A stretch of DNA of 39,904 nucleotides, taken from positions 1-39,904 of IMG/VR virus record IMGVR_UViG_3300027804_000104. One strand, given 5' to 3'. The DNA comes from a virus. Its lineage: Duplodnaviria; Caudoviricetes. Numbering within the stretch: position 1 is the stretch's first letter; the number at the start of each line of letters is the position of its first letter. Positions 34,250-39,904 of the stretch are shown piece by piece. Made by a program: the position numbers and the translations under genes. The notes below the pieces were generated by a model. The model ran no database searches and was not told the DNA's origin. It worked only from the letters and a program-made list of their open reading frames with translations.

Positions 34250-35138
34250 TCGAGTCGGGAGCCTGACCGGAGCCAAACCGGCCACCGTCCGGCTCCACCA
34301 GGATGCTCGAGATCACCTCGGCGGCAGTCACCTCGGCCACCCCGTCGGTGAGACGCAACGTCTGACGCACCCAGCGGTCGGTCGTATGGCCGAGCCAGCG
34401 GGCGATGACCGGCACCGGCACACCGCGCTCAAACTGTCGGCGGACCGCCCAACGTCTCATGTCTTGCACGTTCAACCGGCGTCCTGTCGCAGCTGACGCG
34501 ATCTTCCCGAGTCGGATCGTCGCCCATTCGGATGTCATCGTCCCAGCGAGCGGGGTGGTCGGGGCATACACCGACTGGAGTCCGACGGTCAGCACCTCGA
34601 GACGCCCGTCGACCGGGATCTCCCGCCGGTTCTGCTTCCGGCTTCGCACCGTCACCAGCGTCTTACCTTCCCATGTGCGCACGTCGACACCACGCACCCG
34701 GAGAGCCTCCTGACAGTCACAGCCAGCCCACGCCACCATGCCCGCCAGCCATTCCCAACGCGGACCGAGCTTGGCGGCCTCAGCCATCACCAGCATCATC
34801 TCGTCGTCGGTTGGGATGCTCTCGAGGTTCAGGACGATCTCACGCTTGGGCAGCTTCACAGAGTGCAGACCGTGCGCCCGCAACACGCCAGCGTCCACCA
34901 GGGCATCAAACCATTTGGCGACACCGCACACCCTTGAGGCCACGCTCGTCGGCGTGTACTGGGCAGACATCCACGCAACAAACTGTTGTGCGTTCGCCAC
35001 CGAACAATCCAACGGATGTACGCCCTGCTCGGCGCACCAGCGTTGCCAGGTCACGATGTCCTTCTTGTACCTCTTTCGAGTGTGGATCGAGGGGTAGGAA
35101 GTTAGAAAATTGGCGGTGACAGACCGGACAGTACGCAT
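34242..35138 (-). CDS. tyrosine recombinase-like protein, apparently catalytically inactive
   Basis: core-binding N-domain; box I AGCDCQEAL (Arg absent), VQDMRR, WLGH; no Tyr after LGH. Confidence 0.75.
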   Translation of the reverse strand: MRTVRSVTANFLTSYPSIHTRKRYKKDIVTWQRWCAEQGVHPLDCSVANAQQFVAWMSAQYTPTSVASRVCGVAKWFDALVDAGVLRAHGLHSVKLPKREIVLNLESIPTDDEMMLVMAEAAKLGPRWEWLAGMVAWAGCDCQEALRVRGVDVRTWEGKTLVTVRSRKQNRREIPVDGRLEVLTVGLQSVYAPTTPLAGTMTSEWATIRLGKIASAATGRRLNVQDMRRWAVRRQFERGVPVPVIARWLGHTTDRWVRQTLRLTDGVAEVTAAEVISSILVEPDGGRFGSGQAPDSII

Positions 35139-35149
35139 AATAAATGTTT

Positions 35150-35179
35150 ACCCTATCGGAATCGTGGTTGGAGCATCAA
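35150..35179 (-). promoter_or_regulatory. putative promoter of recombinase-like gene
   Basis: minus strand TTGATG, 18 nt, TAGGGT, 11 nt before ATG; AT-rich patch. Confidence 0.45.
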
Positions 35180-35248
35180 TTTTTGGACGAATGTACGCAA
35201 TCCCTGCCCACACCCAGCGTTTTGGGCGGGCTGGTGCCGGGGCGTGAA

Positions 35249-35277
35249 GAAGCCCCGCCCGAGTGGGGCGGGGCTTC
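35249..35277 (-). terminator. stem-loop ending the minus-strand operon
   Basis: perfect 12-bp stem GAAGCCCCGCCC/GGGCGGGGCTTC, 5-nt loop, just after ORF ending 35285. Confidence 0.65.
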
Positions 35278-35284
35278 GACGGGG

Positions 35285-35566
35285 TTAGGGTTTCGGGTGC
35301 TGGTGGCCGAGTGTGTAGGCCCAGACTACGGCGGCGAGTTCGCGGGCGGTATCGACGGGGGCAAGCCCGAGGACATACCAGCACCCAACTCCCCCGACGC
35401 GCTGAAGGTAGACGGACCAGCACCGGGGGGCGGTCTGCCCGTATTTCCATCGCCACCCCGCCGGGGCGGGCGGGAGTGTGCGCACTAGGGCGGGCAGGCA
35501 ACGGGACCCGCAAACGTGCGAGAGATCGCCACGGGCGCACGGGGGCGCATCAGTACGCTCAATCAC
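35285..35566 (-). CDS. hypothetical protein
   Basis: 93 aa, coupled to upstream ORF, ends just before hairpin. Confidence 0.45.
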   Translation of the reverse strand: MIERTDAPPCARGDLSHVCGSRCLPALVRTLPPAPAGWRWKYGQTAPRCWSVYLQRVGGVGCWYVLGLAPVDTARELAAVVWAYTLGHQHPKP

Positions 35567-35687
35567 GGCACGACCGCCAGACCAGCACCAGCACCACGAG
35601 AAACCCGGCGACGGCTAACGGGTGGGGCCAGTTGGTAACGTCTCGGCACCATCCTTCGGCGCATCGGTAAGCGTCGGCGGCGATCAT
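35559..35687 (-). CDS. small membrane protein
   Basis: MIAADAYRC...LAVAGFLVVLVLVWRSCRD; GGAGG RBS, ATGA overlap with GP88-like gene. Confidence 0.5.
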   Translation of the reverse strand: MIAADAYRCAEGWCRDVTNWPHPLAVAGFLVVLVLVWRSCRD

Positions 35688-36673
35688 CGCGCCACCTCCA
35701 TGCGGCGCACACGAACGGCGACGGCTGCGCCGAGTTTCCCGCGCGAATCGGGCGCACCTTTCCCGCCATGCTGTAGGAAGGTCACGGGGCGCACCGGGCC
35801 ACCGGGCAGGCAGACCGCGCAAGCGATACAGGCACCGACACCGGGCGCACCGGGGCGGGCGGTGCTCCGGCGTCCGTCGGGGCCGACAACGTGCGCCGCG
35901 ACTCCGGTTCCGTCCTCGACGTGGCGACCGGTAGCAGGACACTCAAACGGGCGACCGGCCACGGGGGCCACGGCTGCCAACTGCGCCCAAACGGCGACGG
36001 CGTGGCGTCGGTCGTCGGCGAGTACAGCCACGGGAAGGCCGAGACGCACCGAGGCGCGGGCCATTGTCGGGGCGTTGTGCTCGTCCGCCGAAAGGTACAC
36101 GCGCCCATTATCGGGGACGGGTAGCAGGTGGCGGGCGTTCACGTTGTCGCGGGTATAAAGCCAATGGTCTACCGTTGGGGTTTGGCGCATCGTTTCACGG
36201 ATCGCGCGCGCATACCAAGGGGCGAACAGGTCACCGCCGGATTGCCACCGGAACGCGGGACGGCGCACCCCTCGGGCAGTCTGTTGCCGGGCCGAGTGCT
36301 CGACGACGGCGACCAGGGCGGCCACGACTCGACGCGCACCGGCACGGCCTTCGTTTCCGTACAACGTGCGCAACGTGGCGAGATTGTGCGAGGCGTTCCG
36401 GGCTAGGGCCGGGGACAGGTTCTCGATCCCTGCGGCGTAACACTCTCGGCATGCGGGCGTCGTCCGGTCGCACGTCCCCCCCTGATCGAGCGGGCCGACC
36501 GGCAACGGCAATGCGTTGTGAAGGTCCGCACGGGCAGACCCGCGGGCGTCGATGAGCACACTCGGGGCCGTCTTTGCGTCGGCCTGAATGTACAGGCGCA
36601 GCCCGTCGGCCACGGTCACCCAACCCCCAGAGAGTGCGGGGGATTGGGGTAGGCGGTCGCGGCGGGCGGTCAT
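35684..36673 (-). CDS. GP88-like (radical-SAM-related) Fe-S protein
   Basis: TCDRTTPACRECYA, FRWQSGGDL, HWLYTR, YLSAD, CPA, CIACAVC; start taken at ATG overlapping upstream stop. Confidence 0.7.
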   Translation of the reverse strand: MTARRDRLPQSPALSGGWVTVADGLRLYIQADAKTAPSVLIDARGSARADLHNALPLPVGPLDQGGTCDRTTPACRECYAAGIENLSPALARNASHNLATLRTLYGNEGRAGARRVVAALVAVVEHSARQQTARGVRRPAFRWQSGGDLFAPWYARAIRETMRQTPTVDHWLYTRDNVNARHLLPVPDNGRVYLSADEHNAPTMARASVRLGLPVAVLADDRRHAVAVWAQLAAVAPVAGRPFECPATGRHVEDGTGVAAHVVGPDGRRSTARPGAPGVGACIACAVCLPGGPVRPVTFLQHGGKGAPDSRGKLGAAVAVRVRRMEVAR

Positions 36674-37227
36674 GCTTCTACCCCTTCGGCGTTGTCGTAC
36701 TCGTTTCGGCAGTCGGCGCAATACAGCAAGGACGACGGCTCGTCGTCCATTGGCGCAATGTTCCCCCATTCGTTACCGCAGTTTGAGCACCGGGGCGAGG
36801 TCACCTCGGCACACTCGGGGCAAACGAGCGCATAGGCGCGGGGGTCGCCCATAACGTCCCACGGGACGACGACGGCGGTGCGAATGTCGATGTACCGGGT
36901 GCGGTTCTCGGCGAGATCGCAAGCGGGGCACCTAATACCTTCGTCGGGCGTCGTGTAGGTGTTGCCACGGGTGTAGTGAGAATTTCCGTACGGGGTGGAC
37001 ATCCAAGCCCGCCACCGCAGACCGTCGGCGAGCAGGTTCGCCAGACTTACGGACTCATCGAGAACGTCGGCGGGGACCATGTCGAGCTCGCTGGCGTCGG
37101 TCGCGTCGTCAATCTGCTCGGCGGTCAAGCGGTGCAGATCAATCGCCACGGCGAACTCGGGCGCGATAACTGCGCCGGTGTCCGGGTCTGCGATCATCCA
37201 CCTTATGCGGGATCGGTCTGGGGTCAT
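36670..37227 (-). CDS. hypothetical protein with four CxxC pairs (Zn-binding)
   Basis: RBS GAAAGGA; CPAC, CPEC, CSNC, CADC. Confidence 0.65.
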   Translation of the reverse strand: MTPDRSRIRWMIADPDTGAVIAPEFAVAIDLHRLTAEQIDDATDASELDMVPADVLDESVSLANLLADGLRWRAWMSTPYGNSHYTRGNTYTTPDEGIRCPACDLAENRTRYIDIRTAVVVPWDVMGDPRAYALVCPECAEVTSPRCSNCGNEWGNIAPMDDEPSSLLYCADCRNEYDNAEGVEA

Positions 37228-37397
37228 GGGTTTGTATCCTTTCGTTTGGTGGGCAATGTACGCCCGAGGTATTTCGGAGCGAATGCTCGCCCAGTACGCC
37301 CACCCCCAGAACGGGAGCGGGTCCGACCAGGCTGGTCGGAGTGCCTGCCACCGCTTCGAGACGGTGCGAGCCAGCGAACTGGGCAGGCGGTCGGGGG

Positions 37398-37751
37398 TCA
37401 GGCGTTGGGGCTGGGGGTGAGCCAGTAGTCCGGAACGTCTCCGAGGATCGGGGTCACCGTGCCAGCGTGGAAGTGGTCGGACAGGAACCAATCGGGGTCG
37501 CTGTCGTAGTCGGGTTGTTCCGGTGCGCAGCACGTCAGGGCGAACGTGTTCGGGTACTCGTGCCATCCGAACGCGTCGCACTCGGTCAGGAAATCGGCGA
37601 CGACTTGGGCGAGAGTGTCCGGGCCGTCGTAGTAGCACCAGTCCTCTTCGCCATCAATGGACCAGAAGAAGTAGTGGCGGGTCGGGGCTTCGACCTCGCA
37701 CAAACAATCTCGCAAGGGCTCGGAACATCCGGAACAGTTGGTGGGCTTCAT
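37398..37751 (-). CDS. hypothetical acidic protein
   Basis: 117 aa, RBS GAAAGGA, N-terminal Cys cluster. Confidence 0.65.
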   Translation of the reverse strand: MKPTNCSGCSEPLRDCLCEVEAPTRHYFFWSIDGEEDWCYYDGPDTLAQVVADFLTECDAFGWHEYPNTFALTCCAPEQPDYDSDPDWFLSDHFHAGTVTPILGDVPDYWLTPSPNA

Positions 37752-37855
37752 GGCTGGGTGTCCTTTCGGGTTGGGTTACCGACCGTGTTGGTCGGAGTGC
37801 GTCGGGTGGGAGTCGGACCCACCTATCCCCCGCCTGCGGGGCGACGCTGTCGGGG

Positions 37856-38500
37856 TCAGACGACCACGGGAAGAGGGGTGAAACGGGTGTCGGCGATGGC
37901 GAAGGCGACGAGGTCGGCGACTTCGACCCCCGACAGGTAGCCGGTGCGGGCGGTCGTGTCGTAGGTCTGTCCATCTTCTCCGCTGGCATACTTCGGGAGA
38001 ACGATGACCGAACACCCCTCGTCCACTCCGAGAACGGGGGCGTTCGCTTGGGCGACGATCACCAACGTGGCCCGCCGCGCATCGGTCAATAGACCGTCGC
38101 AGGTGATTGCGTCGCATCCCCCACCGGTCGGGGTGACTTCCCAGACTCCGCCGAACTCTCGGGCGAGGGCATCAACTAGGGCGGTCACGATCGGGTCGGC
38201 GTTGGTCGTGCGGTCGTAGCCTTGCGACAGGTGCCAACCTTCACGGTCGGCGGGTCGGGCGAAGATTTGGACCGTTTGCCAGTTGTCGGATTCGGTCTGT
38301 GATTCTTCGTAAAGGTAGCGGGCGTACTCGTGAGCCTTGTCGGCGGGGAGGATGGCCATCAGTTCACATTCCGCAGCGGTCACCTTGTCCGGGTCGGTGA
38401 ACATGGTGTCATCGGTGTACCAGATGCCCATCGGGCGGGGGAAGTGTGCGGGGCGTGACTTCGACGTTGTGCCGAGCTTGGTTTTGCGGGGCTCTCTCAT
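37856..38500 (-). CDS. hypothetical protein
   Basis: RBS GAAAGGA before ATG 38500 (alternative leaderless start 38536); TGGGCDA motif. Confidence 0.7.
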   Translation of the reverse strand: MREPRKTKLGTTSKSRPAHFPRPMGIWYTDDTMFTDPDKVTAAECELMAILPADKAHEYARYLYEESQTESDNWQTVQIFARPADREGWHLSQGYDRTTNADPIVTALVDALAREFGGVWEVTPTGGGCDAITCDGLLTDARRATLVIVAQANAPVLGVDEGCSVIVLPKYASGEDGQTYDTTARTGYLSGVEVADLVAFAIADTRFTPLPVVV

Positions 38501-38542
38501 GGCTGGTTCCTTTCGTTGTTGGTCCGTATTGACCATGTTCGG

Positions 38543-38600
38543 AGTTTACCCCTGCTATATGACGAACACGTTACGATCGGCAAGATTCATAAAGATTCAT
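38543..38600 (-). promoter_or_regulatory. promoter region of minus-strand operon with direct-repeat operator candidate
   Basis: TTGCCG-18-TATAGC, second -10 TAAACT, AAGATTCAT x2 at 38582 and 38592. Confidence 0.5.
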
Positions 38601-38920
38601 CCCCTCGCGTAATCATGCGGCCTGCCTGTCGGGAAGCACGCCGGTGCTCGGTGTCCACGATCAGGCGAGGGCGCAGCCCGAAGGCTGGACCGGCGTAGCC
38701 GGAGGGGTTCGACCCTCGTGCCCTGCCCCGACCCGTGCCACCCCTGCCACCTGCCGACCGTGACCACGTCACCCCAGCCCAGACCCCACCCCTACCGGTG
38801 CCAGTGCCCAACCCCCCCCCACCCCCGTACGCACCCGTGGGGGGACCCCAGCCCCCTACTACTACTACACGTTCCCGTATTTTTTGGCCCCCCTGGTTGG
38901 GTGTGTGGGCGGCTCGAGTG

Positions 38921-38975
38921 GTGTGTTGCGGTTGTGTTGTGTTGCGGTTGTGTTGCGATTGTTGCGGTTGTGTGA
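38921..38975. repeat. GT-rich short tandem repeats (TGTTGCG / GTTGT)
   Basis: gtgtgttgcg gttgtgttgt gttgcggttg tgttgcgatt gttgcggttg tgtga. Confidence 0.8.
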
Positions 38976-39487
38976 CGGTATGTTTATGCAGCCATTTGCA
39001 GGTCTAGGGCTTGTTGTCACCCGTTCCGGGCGGCTTCTGTGCTGGTTTTGCTCACGTTGCACTCCCGCCTCGCTTCGCTCGTTGGGTCGACGCTTCGACT
39101 TCGTTCCTCGTCTCGCGTCCTCACCATGCTGTGTCAGAGCTGGCGGTTGTTCTTCCCCCACAATTCGGGCTAGTAGCCTCAGGGTGCCGGTCTAGACGTG
39201 TTCGGTGGACAACCTTCGCCATTTGTGTCGTTTGGAAACGCTGCTCCTCGTCGTCGATGCAACGAGGTCTACCCACGTCACCGTGTGTCACCGGCCCCCA
39301 TGCAATCGGGTTGGGTCTGATGCCTGTCTCTGTACAGGCTGCTGTTCCAGGTTGTGTGCCGGTGGATACCCCGACAAGTGCATCCACCGGCGATCGGAGC
39401 GTAGCATCATGTTGTGAGAGAGTTGCGTCATCTTCCGTAACAGTTGTGTTACGGTGTGGGTTCTCTGCGGATACGGAGGTCAGGGGT

Positions 39488-39772
39488 ATGAGTGTTGTTG
39501 ATGATCTGATAAGTACTGTCACCCGGTTGGGCAACGACCAGTTGGTGGCGCAAGCCCGGTTCGCTCTCGAGAGTCAGGGGGTGTTCCTGACACCGAAGGA
39601 GTGTCGGATCGCGTTTCTGGCTGCCGCGCACACTCTCGAGCTTGCCGAACGTTCCTATGATGTGGGGACGTTGACCGCTGGGGAGATGGTGGCCTGTCAG
39701 GCGGTCGCCAGCCTGTCCATGCAGATTTGGGCGACGTTGCACGACATTGTGGACGGGAAGATCATCCTGTGA
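39488..39772 (+). CDS. hypothetical protein
   Basis: 94 aa from ATG after GGAGGT..GGGG; MSVVDDLIST... Confidence 0.6.
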   Translation: MSVVDDLISTVTRLGNDQLVAQARFALESQGVFLTPKECRIAFLAAAHTLELAERSYDVGTLTAGEMVACQAVASLSMQIWATLHDIVDGKIIL

Positions 39773-39904
39773 CCACCCGCAAGGTAAGCGAATCCGCTCA
39801 GGAGATCGTCAACGGGATCAAAGGCCGGAAACCACATGACGGCATCCCCACCCATCGGGTTGTTGACGACCTGTCCACAGTCGAAGTTGAGCATCCGGGT
39901 GAAC
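39769..39904 (+). CDS. 5' part of gene truncated by window end (position fits terminase small subunit)
   Basis: GTGA overlap; MTTRKVSESAQEIVNGIKGRKPHDGIPTHRVVDD... open to the end; function from position only. Confidence 0.4.
   Translation, partial: MTTRKVSESAQEIVNGIKGRKPHDGIPTHRVVDDLSTVEVEHPGE

Noticed and set aside
34242-35138. Functional integrase / prophage boundary
   Set aside because: Catalytic Arg, His and Tyr are missing; no att site or host genes are seen
37228-37638. N-terminal extension of ORF 36670-37638
   Set aside because: Overlaps ORF 37398-37751 and an intergenic promoter-like region; strong RBS supports start at 37227
39011-39487. Upstream extension of ORF 39011-39772 and antisense ORF 39121-39534
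   Set aside because: Low-complexity, non-protein-like; the RBS supports a start at 39488

Overview
The window is most of a GC-rich tailed-phage genome with short-tailed (podovirus-like) organisation and a probable actinobacterial host (WhiB gene, TANNNT promoters). On the + strand it carries portal, scaffold, major capsid, adaptor/nozzle, tail fibre and a leucine-rich-repeat receptor-binding candidate. These are followed by a metallophosphoesterase cluster, a lysis region, putative ejection proteins, a double ADP-ribosyltransferase-domain protein, RecT-like, WhiB and C5 DNA methyltransferase genes. A - strand block (34242-38536) holds a tyrosine-recombinase-like gene, a GP88-like gene and small genes, then a ~950 bp divergent non-coding region. 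No terminase, polymerase, primase or helicase is recognisable; terminase probably lies just outside the window. The most interesting items are: (1) a likely injected protein with two different ART domains, (2) a second gene with its own RBS nested in the +1 frame of the methyltransferase, (3) a recombinase lacking its catalytic Arg/His/Tyr, (4) a capsid leader RNA with three GGAYG hairpins, and (5) a mosaic 72-bp LRR array. All calls come from reading motifs and context by eye; no database searches were run.
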